Origin: the human T2T-CHM13v2.0 reference genome, Homo sapiens
Strand: one strand, 5' to 3'
Assembly (NCBI RefSeq): GCF_009914755.1
Contig: NC_060929.1
DNA length: 64,000 nucleotides
The position numbers were made by a program, and so were the translations under genes. The notes beneath the pieces are model-generated. The model was not told where the DNA came from, made no database searches, and worked only from the letters and a program-made list of their open reading frames with translations. Position 1 is the first letter of the stretch, and each line of letters begins with the position of its first letter. Positions 49,850 to 64,000 of the stretch are shown here, piece by piece.

Positions 49850-50302
49850 TGCTGGAATTTGTCATTTTCTCTTCCAGTTCTACTCTCCATCTTTCCCTAC
49901 CCTGCTCTGTGACCAAGAAAACTGATCTATTTATGTTCTGGCTTCAGGTTGGCTTTGGCCATTGGGGCCACTGGCAGGAGATCAGGGCTGAAAGAGAAGA
50001 AAGAAGAGCATTAGTGCTCTGGTTTCCTCCCTGTGTAATCACTGTGAGTTGGCTGTGCCCACTGTCTACCGAAGGCGACACTCTCCATACGGTTACTCTT
50101 TCTGAGTTCAAGTGACTGCTGTTTCTAGTTGGCTCCTTAATCCTAGGTGAGGTGATGACTTTCCACTTCTACTAGCCCCAGGTTACTAGATTATCCCTTA
50201 GTAGTTCCTTAAAACTTGTCCAGGTCTTTGAAAATAGTAAACTCTCTCCAGTGACTGCTTTGACTGTACCTTCTGCTTCCTGCCAAACCCTTGAGTGATA
50301 TA
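49850..50302 (+). mobile_element. LTR33A/B-like ERVL LTR
   Basis: CCCTGCTCTGTG...CACTGGCAGGAGATCAG...TTTGAAAATAGT..AAACTCTC...TTCCTGCC..ACCCTTGAGTGATATA. Confidence 0.65.
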
Positions 50303-51211
50303 AATTAGACAAAATTTTATAGTAAATAGTAAAAAATAAATAAATAAAAAGTTTGATTTGAAATTTTATGTTGAAAAATGAAACTGAACATAAAATGATT
50401 GTTTAATTATGTGGAACTAAATTTATTTTATGATTTCAGCTTTGTATCTTTTTCAAAATAAAGAAAGAATAATTTTTTGTTTGTTTTTTATTTAATTTTA
50501 CCGACATAATTTTATGACCTGCTATAGAAAATCCTTCATTTTGGTCTAACCTTTCTTCACAATTATAAATCTTTGCAAAACATTTTTAATCTTTTTTAAG
50601 TTTCAAAAGGATGTCTCCTAATCATTTTTTAACTCAAAGCATCCTATTTGAAGTTTTTTTTTTTTTTTTTTAGTGTCTTTAGTTTTAATTGATATGGTCC
50701 TGTCTAATCCTTTTACAATAGTTTACCATGTGATGGGAGAAGTTCTCCACTTTCATTTTTAATTAATTTTATAGAATTCTATATCTTTTGCATAGTTTTC
50801 AGTTTAACTTTGTAATTAATTTGCACTGAGCAAGTAGTCACATTAACTATACCTAATCATATTATGACCATTGTGTTCCCCTATGCAACTTCATAACGGG
50901 AAGGACTCTGATATGGGTCCTGGACAAATGAAAATCACTGTCTACTGGTGACCCATTCTGGGCATGAAACTGTCATAGAGACAATAGCAAACAGAATGCA
51001 GCCAGAAGCCTACAGGGGCCTGAAGGTATTGCCAGCATTAAGGCTCTACATCTTAGCAGTAAAGATCCCACAGAGACCAAAGATAAACCAAAAGAAAACA
51101 GAGTCCAGTTAAGAGAACACTACTGCCACATGGCAGTAACTTAATATGTATGGAAGTCCAGTGATGACGTAATACTCTAAGCCTGATTCAGAGATAAAAG
51201 TTACCAAAGCT

Positions 51212-52365
51212 TTTATACACATTAATATTACAACAGCTTCCCAAATTCTAACTTGTTCTGATCAACAGGACAACATACATTACAAGAGGATTATGGGTAG
51301 AATTCTACCTTTTTGAGGGGCTTTACTTTAGGCTCTGTGGTCCAAAGAGGGCAAAGTCAAGTACCCCAATGACCTCCAAAGGCCTGTGTCACATATTAAA
51401 GATATTAAATCCACAGGTCTCATATATCAGATAGGAAACCATGCCCCTTCTGTACGTCTTCTAAAACACATGCTGAATTAAAGAGGTTCTTTAATTACCC
51501 CAAGCATGATGCTTCCAGATAGAGTTGAGAAAAGCCTAAGAGCTAATGCAGCAATCGAGCATCCCTTATGCAAATGTATAGTTATTTAAGGCCCTGGCTC
51601 ACTGAGGAAATAATATTAGAATAAGGGAAAGGTGGAACAACTATATACCTCTCTTAGTGCCAATTTTGTTATGACAATAGAAAGTTAATTATTGATATTA
51701 GGACTCTGATACCACAAGATTAGGCCTTGACAAGCTTAATGTTTAAATATTTCTCAACACCAGGAAACAGAAATATATGCCTAAGAAAAAGGCAAGAAGC
51801 CTGTCTTCAAATATCTGCAGGTTTATCCTGTAGGAGGGAATTTGAATGAAACTCATTTCTCATAGGGGATAGTTAGCAAATGGTTCTTAATACTGTGTAT
51901 TCACCTTCTACAGACCTTTTAATATGTCATCTCTTTAAGACAGAGATATATGGATGTATTTGGACATGTGAAAGATGTATGGAATATATTTTTAGATGTT
52001 ACTTATCTGTTTTTCTCATTTATTTTATTAAACACTGCCAATTGATGTATCAAATTGGCAATTGGTTGGCATCTTCTTTGAGGTAATTAAAGCCTCTCTA
52101 TGAATCAGCATGTGTATTAGAAGAGGTACAGAAGGTATGGTTTCCTATCTGATATATGAAATCCATGGATTTAATATTTTTAATATTTGACATAGGCCAA
52201 CAGGGGGGACTGGGGTACCTGACTTTGCCCTCTGGACCAAAGAGCCTAAAGTAAAGTCCCTCAAAAATGTAAAATTCTGCCCAAAATCCTCTTGTAATGT
52301 ATGTTGTCCTATTGATCAGAACGGGTTAGAATTGGGAAAGCTATTGTAATAATAGTATATATAAA
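51212..52365. repeat. Long inverted repeat: arms ~51212-51512 and ~52069-52365, spacer ~555 bp
   Basis: Hand alignment; exact 26-mer AGGACAACATACATTACAAGAGGATT at 51267-51292, reverse complement at 52285-52310. Confidence 0.95.
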
Positions 52366-52504
52366 TATGTCACTGTATGTGCTTCTCAGAATTAATGCCT
52401 TCCACCTGTTCCCCCATAGTACTTTTCATGGCCTCCTAGAGTCCTGGTCTCAGTCTACTTTATATTGAAATTAATAGTGTAGTTTTCCACCTTCTGATAT
52501 TAGA

Positions 52505-53150
52505 TGGCTAGCAGCATGCACATCAGAATCAGCAAAGAAGCTGCTTAAACCACAGATACTCAGGCCCCACCCATCAAAGATTCTGATTTAGTTAGTCCAG
52601 ACTAGAGACAAATTTTTATGTGTGTGCTCATTAGAGAGTAATCAGTCACTATATCCAAAAGTCAATAATGATACAAATAAGGTATTCAAATTAAATGCGT
52701 AAGAGTTGAGAACCAGGCAATGAATTCCATTGTGTGATATTATCCTAATAAACCCAGATCTTTCTCTCTGGTCATAGTCATGGTGAAGATGAGCAGTAGG
52801 AAGATACAGTAATTGAAAGCATTAACTCAGGAATTAAGCTGCCTGGGTTAACTCCGACTCTACCCTTACTACTGATGTGACCCCGGGGCAAGCTACTTAA
52901 CTTTTCCATGTCTCCATTTCTTCATTGGTAAAATAACCGTCCTAATCGTGACTACCTCATAGACTTGTTGGAAGAACTCTATGAGTTAATGATAGATCTA
53001 AAGTGGATAGAACAGTGCCAAACAGTGAGTGAGTGCTGTGCTAGTTAGTATAATAGTAAATATTGTCCGAGAAAACTTTTGTTAGTGGCTGAATTAAATT
53101 TTAGCATTCAAAAGCTCCACAGGTGATTCTAACACAAAACTAGATCCCAG
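52505..53150. mobile_element. MER5A split by a plus-strand MIR (~52800-53065)
   Basis: GCACATCAGAATCA...CAGATACTCAGGCCCCACCC...GATTCTGATT; later AAGCTCCACAGGTGATTCTAA. Confidence 0.6.
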
Positions 53151-55199
53151 AGCCAGAGATGCAGGCAAACCCAGGCAGCCTTGAAGGTTTCAAACTTTTC
53201 CTTTTCCAAAGTAAGATATATTCCCCTCCATTATTATGATAGCATTTATAAATAAGATTTCTGACAATCTGACCATCATGAATTCAGCTTTAGTGACATC
53301 TATAATTATCCTTTGGAAATTTTCCCTGAGCTGAGACGTGTCAGAATGTGTGTGAGCAGATTCTGCCTCAGAGATTTTTCTTTCTGCTGCTGTTCCAAAT
53401 AAGTTAGTCATTAAAGACATGGAAGAAAAAAAAAGTCCTTGGAAGCTGAACAGTTTAACAGTTGGCAATGATTAATAAAATGAATGAGAAAAACAGATAA
53501 GAACATCTAAAAAGATACTCTCCATAGGAAATTCACTTTACTATAGAAACCAAAAGTATGAATACAAACATAAGCATACCAATTTGGCAAGATTAATATC
53601 TTGATACAAATGATAATAATTAATACCATTTTTCATTATGAGTAATAAAAGGTCTTGAAAAACAGGTGGCTTTGTGACAATTTAAATGAACAATTATGCA
53701 TTTAGTTTACTACTTGGAAATAGTGATCAAACTAACATGAATTTAAATTATGTGCTGGTAATTAAAGTCAAATTAGAATATATATTACATGATATATAAT
53801 GTATGTTTTTGTATGTCTATCTATTTACCTACATATCATATATCTATCTATAACTATGTAAAATGCTTGGACAAGGCAATAGATAAATAGTTTATCCACT
53901 AAGTAAGAATGTAAAATTTCCATTTTATTTTGATATTGGCTGGTAATTAAACCACTGAGTAGAAAATCCAAGAACACATTGTCCCTTGACAAGCTGGGAC
54001 AAACATTTTGGTAACAAACAGATATAGGGCTTTTTCCAGGAAATGATAGTTTTCTGTCTAAGCAGGCCACTAAAATAATGAAGTCCAGTACTTATTTCAG
54101 GGCCGCCCAGGCCTTCTTAACCCCAACCCACTCCCATTTAGCAAGCCACACTCAACCTAGAACAAGCATTTATGCCTCTACCATTACAACCTCACACCTA
54201 CCACCCACCCTGAATTCACCTGTCCATAAAAATGAAAAATTAATCTAGTACCAAATCTAAAGAAATATATGTTACCAGCACTAGATCAACATTCTCATTA
54301 GTCTCAACCAGGGTCACTAGTAAATTTGAAAGGTCTCCAATGACCCTTTGATGATATTATAATGCCCACCAGCATCTCCCAGGAGTATCTTCCCAGAAGT
54401 TTGTAAAACCCAGGAAGACCCTTTCCACATTAAAACATACTTCACAGTCCTTCTGGTTCAGTCCACTATCCCAGTGGTTATCATGACAATCCATAACTTA
54501 TAAAAATCTGGAGAATCACTGTTATAACCAAGAGTATTTGTCCTTAGGGACAGAACACAACACTAGCCCACCAGCACTGGAAGCCTCCATCTGCATCATG
54601 GAATTCCCAGTGCTCTGGCACCTGATACACCACACAGAGTTTTCTGGGCCCTTCACAAGTCCAGTCATAAAACGACAACACTGAAGGATTTCATAGTGGC
54701 TCTCCAGGAAATAGGGATATGACAAACCATTCCAAGTCTACATATATGCTAATCCTAAAAAAAAGAATGAAAGGATTCTAGACCTAAAGTATATTTCATA
54801 TTTTTAAAATAAAATGTAGGTCCATTTTACATTTTATGTTACATTAGCTAATATATATTTAGTATCTACCACGTATCAGAGACCGTGCAAAGTACTTTAC
54901 ATACATTTTATCATTTAGTCCTCAAGAAGGAAACAGAAGTTACCCTGCTGGTAGATAAGTCTGATGACAAAGCACTGTTTCTTAAGGGGAATTCCTAGCA
55001 ATTCATGGCCTTAATTGTGAGCATCTCATCCTGAGCCATTTCTATTCTCAATCATTCTACCGCCTGACTTTACAGATTTTTTTTTTTTTTGGCTTACAGG
55101 TGGTATCAAACTAGCAGATATATTTCAACTGTCATGCCATATATGCTTTTTTATTTTTAAGTTATTTATTTTCAAGTTTATTTTAAAGTTAATTTATTT

Positions 55200-56302
<1,103 letters not shown>

Positions 56303-57449
56303 TTATTTTTAAGTTAATTTATTTTTAGTTGCAGACTTCTAAATCTTGGGACAGTTTTACCTACAGAAGTGTATGTCCACCTTCTTTTAGAAAAGTAAGG
56401 TGTGGCAGCAATTGGCTGGGACTAAGTAGCAGCCCCTCTCTTCAAATGAAAAACAAGCTTTCAAGTTCACCATTAACATTATCTCCTTCGCCCCTTAGAC
56501 TTTTGCATTTTAGGTGCCCTGATTCAATATAACATTTTGTTATCTTAAAATACTATCTAGATATAGTCAGCTAATCTCCACAATCTACTAACCAATATAT
56601 CATAATTTTGTATACTAGTAGTAAATCCTGAGCCATGTCTTTGCAGGTGCAACAATTTGAGGCGTGTCAAAAGTAAAAAACAGAAGGGTCCTTTACCTAT
56701 GGATAAAATGTTTGTTTCTACCATCAGATCTTCTGATTGAGGCATGTTTCACAAAGGAGTGGCCTTAGGAATAATATCACCTTATATGAAAGAATAATGT
56801 AACTGCTCCCTTACTCAGAGTTCATAAGCCTTTTTAAGGTTAACAGATGCCATGATCCAGATGGAAACTTCCATTAAGCTTGATGACTCTATCCACACAA
56901 TCTATTCCAAAGCAAAAAGGCAGCGACACCGAACTGATAGATGGAAGCAATGACCAGCTGTAAGATTACTTGTGATGGGTAGGAATCTTGATAGTTAACT
57001 TCATCTGACAAGTAGTCAATTTCTTGAGATTCAGTGCTGTGTTTTTCTCTTTAGGGACTGCAACCTCTGGCTCGATCAAAGAAGCTAATTACTGATAAAC
57101 TCTGTTATAGGGAATTAGAACTGACAGCTTAATTCTGTACTTAGTTCTGACATCTTTGGTATTGAGAAATTTCACAATGTCCCATCAGTAAATCTGCAAG
57201 ACATCAGCTGAGGTGTCCCAAATAATTCCCCTAAGTGTTTCACATGTAGGAATCTATCCTACAGATATATTCACATATATATTATGTCATTTATTGTGGA
57301 ATTATTTGTGAATGAAAATAATGAAAACCTGCTAAATGTCTATTAATCACCCGAAGGGGAAAAGTTAAGTAAACTATAACACATCCAATCTATTACTAAA
57401 CGTAAATCACACGAAGGGTGGGACAGTTGTCTGTTTTCTTGATGATCCC

Positions 57450-57657
57450 CAGAGATTGGCTGACTTTTCGTCTAAAGGGCCAGATAGTAAATATTTTAGG
57501 ATCTCTGTCTTAACTACTTGACTCTCCTTCTGTAGCAAAAAAGAAGCCATAGACAATATATAAACAAGAGAGCATGGCTGTGGTCCAATAAGACTTTCTC
57601 TACAAAAACATGTGACAGGCTAGATTTGACGCAGGGCTGTAGTTTTTCAAACTCATG
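57450..57657. mobile_element. MER58A
   Basis: TAAAGGGCCAGATAGTAAATATTTTAGG...GCCATAGACAATAT...GCATGGCTGTGGTCCAATAA. Confidence 0.85.
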
Positions 57658-57727
57658 CTAACAGGAATCATAAAACATCTACATTGCACCCATCGACAAA
57701 TATCTTCAGGCCCATCTACTAAGTAAT

Positions 57728-57960
57728 CGTAGCTAACATTTACCGAATACTTACTCTGTAACCTGCTAAGCCTGTCAGACACTAGTTAGAGTAATTTTTA
57801 TAACAAAATGATGATGAGATGGGTTATTACTATTTTCATTTTCCACATGAGGAAATGAGACATAAAGAGTTGCATAACTGCCCTTGCTTATGGAGCTGGG
57901 AAATGATAGAGCAGGGATACACCACCTCATTAAATCTACAGCCCATCTGTTATAAGCTGG
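57728..57960 (-). mobile_element. MIR
   Basis: TAGCTAACATTTAC...CATTTTCCACATGAGGAAATGAG. Confidence 0.7.
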
Positions 57961-59084
57961 GTCATGTGAAGATGCAGCCCTAAATCACTTAGCATGATAT
58001 GAATGACAGTCAAATTATGAATAATTTCTCTTGCTTTACAGATAGGGAGACAGAAATACAAATGGAATTGCAAGATCTGCACAAGTCAGTTTTGAGTGAC
58101 TAATAGACCCTCTCCTCTTGATCCTGCTGCATTTCATTTTCACAACATCTTCCAATGAAGTATCTGCCACTGTCAAGTCAAAACAGCAGCTTGGAAAATT
58201 GCTTCTTGAGGGCATGTCTTTGTCTTCATTTAAACAGTCCCAAATCCTCACACCTTCTATGGCTGCTTGACAGTCACCCTCACCTAATCCTAACCCCGGA
58301 GGTATATTTGTAGTTCTTCTAGGGACACAATGACAATTACATTGTAGGGAGCAGTGATCATTAATCTATTAATCAAGGCTGCCAGCTCAGACTTACATGC
58401 CTTAGTAATAAGCGGATAAAACACCTTAGAATTAACTGCTTAACAAAGTTGAGTTTGATAAGAAGCCAAATTGACAGGCTCCTCCCCCAACATCCAGGCT
58501 AACTTTTCACCAGCTATATGGAGGAAGCTATAAAAATCTCTCTCATAGATAACTGCCCATTAGCTGTACATTCAGAACAACTTCAGAGAGCTTCTCCTTA
58601 CTGCTGCACTGCTATTTTCTTACAAACCTCCCACTCACAATAAACCATAACTGCCTTCAACTTCTGGAAATTAGCTGGCAGTCAAAACCAGATATTTCTT
58701 ATACCAAAAGGGGAATAAATTGAGAAGTTCTCAGAGAAGCAATCAAGAGAATTTTAGAATCAACTCCTTTGTCCTTTGGCCTACTTCCCTGACTCCTTGT
58801 GGGTTCTAGGTACATAAAATACTCAGTTGTCATAACTACTATTCTAATATAATTTATTAATAATGATAATATGGGTACCATAATTCCTCAATTCTAACAC
58901 ACACATTTTTTTTTTTACATTCTACTTCTCATGTTTCACATTTCTCAAACCAGTATGCCTCTTGCCTATCGGTGTATATATTGAATATAGTGTGACTGCT
59001 TCTTCCTTTTTCCCTGAAAAACTTAATGATGCATATTAAATTTGTGGCATTTTAAGGTTAAGGAAATACGTTAAAAACTGACAT

Positions 59085-59580
59085 ATGTAATACAATTCTG
59101 TGATTGCAATCAACATAATCCAACTTAGGCCATCCAAAAAGAGAAATCACTGGAGAATGATTCCCATAGAATTGCTGGGAGAGCTGGAGGAGCCAGCTCC
59201 ACAATGGGACAACAAAGAAGGTAAAGGAACTGCTTCCCAGTCTCATGAAGGAGCTGATGTGGAATCAAAGGATCAATTCATTTGAGTCATCATTGTTTAG
59301 TCTTTCTTTGTCATTCTGCTGAGGATTCAGTTCCAGAAGAAAGAGCCCATCTGATTGGCTTAGATCCAGTGTTTGCCCTGTGACTATGCCAGAGGGTGAG
59401 GAGGGGTGTGGAGGGAGAAGCTTGCAATGGCCTCCAGAACATTTTTGACGACTGTAGTAGGAAGGCAGAAAGACCCTGATTCACAGCCCCTCCAAGATCA
59501 CACATAACAGAAGATAAGCAATTCTTCAAAAGAAAATTATGGTATGATTAAGAAAGAAGAGGTTATGCTGGGTGGCTAGA
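59085..59580 (-). mobile_element. Old MLT1-like LTR
   Basis: GATTGCAATCAACA...CATCTGATTGGCTTAGATCCAG..GTTTGCCCTGTGACT. Confidence 0.45.
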
Positions 59581-59639
59581 GCTTGTCCAGGACTTGAATG
59601 CTGAGACCACTTTCTTACCACCTACAGTCTCTGGTTAGA

Positions 59640-59790
59640 TGCTCTCCACAGCCCCATAGGACAAGAATGATAAGCACTATTATCTTCATTTTTCACAAGA
59701 GGAAACACAGCCCCAGATAGGTTAAGTGACCTAGTTTATCAGTTGGTATGTGACAGAGCAGGACTGAAACCCAGCCTTCTGACTCACAGT
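59640..59790 (-). mobile_element. MIR
   Basis: GAGGAAACACAGCCCCAGATAGGTTAAGTGAC...GGACTGAAACCCAG. Confidence 0.7.
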
Positions 59791-60509
59791 TTATACTAAT
59801 TACATTAAAGATGAATACAGGAGGAGAAAGCTTTCCCATTATAATCCTAAGGCCTAGAAGAAAAATAAATCTTTATCCACAAATTAGCTTGAGGAATAGC
59901 CCCCAGCCCTTTATGCCTACTACCTTAGGGTCACAGCAGAAAATTGTCTGGAGGTAGAAACAAGTTCCCCTAGTTATGTGATCTTCAGCAGAAAATGTAA
60001 CTCCTCTAGACTCAGTTTCCTCAGTGGTGAAATGGTACAGAACAATTTCCTTGTCTTCCTGCTAGATTTACAGAGGAGACACGATATAAGAACCCAGGTG
60101 TAAATCCCTCAAAAACACTCAAGGATCTTTAGTTATAAGGCTGAATCATCATTCTCTGGTCTGATAAGTATAGAGTCACAATTCTGTGGGCCACAACCTA
60201 GATTTTCATTAAACTATTATTTTCTAGAACACAGTTTCTTTGGAATCTGACCTACCTTTTTTTAAGGAACCTAGGATAACACATATAAACTCATTCGCAC
60301 AAAAAGAAACATTTTCATTCACAGCAACCAACTATCTGTGCTAAATTGTGAAATTCAAATTTCTTTTACTGTGTGTACCTTAAGTACACTAAAATATACC
60401 ATGAGTATAACATGGACTTGGTATTCATGGGAGGTCAAGTGTTTGAAGAAATTAATCAATTTTGAGTGAAGAAGGCTTCCATCTTTTTCAAAGAATGCTT
60501 TGCAACAAC

Positions 60510-60745
60510 TTACCACGGTAAAGAACATGGGTTTTGGATCCACGCCAGATGTTAACACAGGCTCTTGATGACTGTTTGATGTTGAGCAAATCACATACAT
60601 TTTCCAGTCTTTATTTCCCCATTTATAAGCTGGGAATTAAAATGCATATTTTACAACATTATTGCAAGGCTTATAGCTAATACATATAAAATAGCTAGGA
60701 TTTAGTAAACACATAGGATTCCAAAGCAGTAGTTATCATCATCAT
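60510..60745 (+). mobile_element. MIR
   Basis: GGTAAAGAACATGGGTTTTGGA...TTGAGCAAATCAC...TTTCCCCATTTATAA. Confidence 0.6.
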
Positions 60746-62399
60746 CATCTTATTATTATACGGATGATGTCATTAATCCTCACAATATTAAGAGATGCTT
60801 ACTGTTTTCACAGATGTGTAGAGTGAATCTTAGAGAGAATTTAAATCACTTATTAAGGTTAGAGCAACACTGTTAACACCAAATTATGCTATTATTATTA
60901 CTATTACTCTTGCATTTTACTATCTTTATTATTATATATCTTCAAAGACAGTGCAGAGTAAAATTTGGAGGGCACATGACACAGCAGCCATCTCTGTGAA
61001 TGGCATTCAGTGCCACGGGAAAGGAACAGGATCTTAAATTAAGAGGAACTAGTTCTGAATTTAGGTCAAAATCTTCCAAGTCATGTGACCTTAAGTCTTC
61101 AGATGAGCCTTAATTTTCTTATCTGTAAAATAAGTTTCATAACAATCACCCCTTGGGATGGCTTCAAAGATCGAATATAAAAATATATACAACAACAGTT
61201 TACATAGTGTAAAATATTCAGTGAGCATACTTATGTTAATTTTGCTGATGCTATTGCAATTACCAGGAGCTAAGTTACAGTTAAATCTGTGGAAGCCGCC
61301 TTAGTTAGTAACAGATGCAAGAACAGTGAAGAAAAGTGTTTTTGGCTCCACTAAAGGAAAAACCAATATCAACTTCAACCCAATGTTGATAGCAAAGAAA
61401 AGTACTCAATCCAGAGTGTTACGCCCACATGGGCAGGATGTGATTCCAATACCTGTGAGAATACTAATAAGTAACAACAATAAATGGCTGAATAAATCTA
61501 TCTCCCAAGATCAGAGGATCCAGAAAGAACAATGTAGAATGTAGACGTGATCAGTTTTGTATTATTTTATTAAAACATTTGTTACATGCAACTCCTTACA
61601 GTGTTCTCATGGCCTCAACATTACCACCAATTATCTCTTGCCATAATCATTTTATAAAACTAGAAAAGACAAAGAGAACTCTCCCAGGCACTGATCCCTG
61701 AAACTGAATCTTCTTTTCCATGGAAATATTATTACATAGAAATCTGGGGATTAAGGGAGATTTATCAGGCCTTGGTTAGCCATGATGACAGTCATTTGGC
61801 AGCCCTGCAAATCATTGAAGAGTTCTGTGTTAGCACTCATACCTTCAGAACCCATGCTCTGGAGTGGCAGGCAATTACTCACACCTGTTTGGCCTGGTCC
61901 AATTATCCTCCTAAGCAGTCCTGATCATAATTGCTACATTGGCTGATAGAACCCAACAAATGGGTTCAAGTCACAGCTGGCCCCTCAAGACAGATTTCCT
62001 GATTATATAGTTATTCGGGGGGTCAGTGTGAATGTTACACTTCTTTCTAAAGAAGTAAGTTGGGATGTGCATGCTACAGATTGTAGTAGTAACTTAGTAA
62101 AAAGTACAATCATCTTGTACTCTATCTGTGGCCGGATCATTGACAAAAAAATAGTCTAGTGGTGATAATCAATAGATTAACTCATTTATTCCTCATGGGG
62201 TACACTGGACTGAGATGGGCAGGATTTAGTGTATAAAAGGAGATATCACCATGCATATTAAATGAACTATTTACTAAGCCAATAGGTCTGTTATTTATGG
62301 AAACTAAAATAAAGTTCTTCTGAAAATTATGAAAGACTATTCTCTGGGTTCCTCCACATAGGACAAGACACACAGATAAGTAGAATCACCAGATGATAA

Positions 62400-62517
62400 G
62401 ACACATGAGGACAGGGTATGTGCATGTTATTCCATCTCAAATGCTTAGTAGAGTGGCTGGCATATTGCAGGCACTTTACGAACACTTGTTGAATGAATGA
62501 AGGAATGAATGAATGAA
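62400..62517 (+). mobile_element. L2 3' end
   Basis: CATGAGGACAGGG...GTGGCTGGCATA...TTGTTGAATGAATGAAGGAATGAATGAATGAA. Confidence 0.7.
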
Positions 62518-63369
62518 CTTAATAAAAGTAAGTTAGCTAGCCAGAATTAGAGGCCAACATTCAAGTGATCTAACATTCCTTGAAATAGAAACTCTTCCCA
62601 GTTGCTTTATTTGGTTTTAATATTTTATCCAAGTATAAACTATGTGGGAATGTTACCAGGGCCCAGAAAATATTGTGGGCATGATAAGACTTCCACTTAG
62701 CTTATGAAACTGAAAAAATAAGCAGCCTAAACATCCACTGTGATCTGAGCTTCTCTTTCAGTCCCCTTTCCAAATCTCAATTTCAGGTGGCTATTTCTAT
62801 TTTGCAAGATCTCATTCTCAAACGCAGTTCTTACTACATGAATGCATTGTACCAACCATTTTTGCAAGGAAATACAAAATTTAAAATAAATGTCAAAACT
62901 CACAACACAGGCTAATGTAAAAAAAGTTGACCAAGATGTTTTAAGAGTTTGTATAAAATATGTAAGAATAGAGTTTAGGAACAAGATTTATTTCTTGTTT
63001 GAAAAGAATAGTATTAGCCCAGCTTTTCCAGCTTAAGTTAATATTGGTCAGCTAATCTCTCATTAGACAGAGTTCACATGCTATAATTAAATTTAATAAA
63101 TAGTCTCTATGATCTATAGTATTTACCTGTGACTAATAAAATTCTGTTCATACGTTAATAGGTGAATAATATTTATAAAATATTTTCCCATGTGAAATGT
63201 TTATAATCATTAAAAATAATTATTTGTTGTCAGGTGGACTAAAGTAGATAAATAATATTTAAATGCTAATGATCTAAGTCTCAAAGCCAGTCCATGTTCT
63301 CACTCTATCCTGCAATGCTTATGGATTGTTTTCCTAAGCAACCAAGTAATTCTAAAACTTAACTGTGCA

Positions 63370-63505
63370 TGTGATTCTCTAAAGCATCTGGTTAAAATAT
63401 AAATTAAGGACTCTACCAAAAAGACTCCAATTTAGTATCTCTGAACAAAAGGAGCCCAGGAATTTTCATTTCAAATAATCATCCCAAGTGATTCTGATGC
63501 ACTGG
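63370..63505. mobile_element. MER5B/A-like MITE
   Basis: GGAGCCCAGGAATTTTCATTT...CCCAAGTGATTCTGATGCAC. Confidence 0.55.
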
Positions 63506-63624
63506 GGGTAAGGTCTAGATGTGGATTTATTTTTGAACTGCCCATTTATTCTAGTCACAATTTTGGGAGACAATCAATTCTAAAGTTCTCCAAAATTATA
63601 GTTAGAAAAATATGCAGAAAATTA

Positions 63625-63981
<357 letters not shown>

Positions 63982-64000
63982 TTATTAATTGTTCCTTCTC

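Noticed and set aside
51212-52365. DNA transposon with long terminal inverted repeats
   Set aside because: No TSD at the outer ends, no transposase-like ORF, the spacer appears to contain CR1 sequence, and LTR-like sequence seems to continue beyond the left arm; not formally excluded without a Dfam search
53190-53468. 92-aa minus-strand ORF with protein-like composition
   Set aside because: Not recognised, non-ATG start, no convincing flanking splice sites
55060-55100. Branch point + T14 + CAG as a strong acceptor
   Set aside because: An intervening AG at 55074-55075 and no downstream donor before the L1 tail; poly(T) alone is weak evidence

Overview
This is primate (human or other great ape) non-coding genomic DNA, an intron or gene desert made up mostly of interspersed repeats. 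I recognise no host protein-coding gene, RNA gene or CRISPR-like array. Every ORF with a recognisable product comes from LINE-1 (ORF1, ORF2, ORF0), Alu or CR1. Main elements: (1) a nested L1 block at 2.26-13.16 kb, where an older plus-strand L1PA10-13-like host carries a twin-primed L1PA3, a captured MaLR-internal fragment and a full-length but inactivated L1PA2-like element; (2) a 5'-inverted L1PA2-like element with a probable short 3' transduction (34.7-36.0 kb); (3) an internally deleted L1PA7 carrying a poly(A)-less RT fragment from a younger L1 (40.8-43.3 kb); (4) solo LTRs, five Alus, and many old MIR/L2/CR1/DNA-transposon fossils. The least explained structure is a ~300-bp long-arm inverted repeat at 51.2-52.4 kb, roughly 85-89% identical by hand alignment. 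I find no support for a new multi-gene system. The notable signals are unusual retrotransposition and DNA-repair products. Repeat family names come from my recall of consensus sequences, and boundaries of old repeats are approximate.
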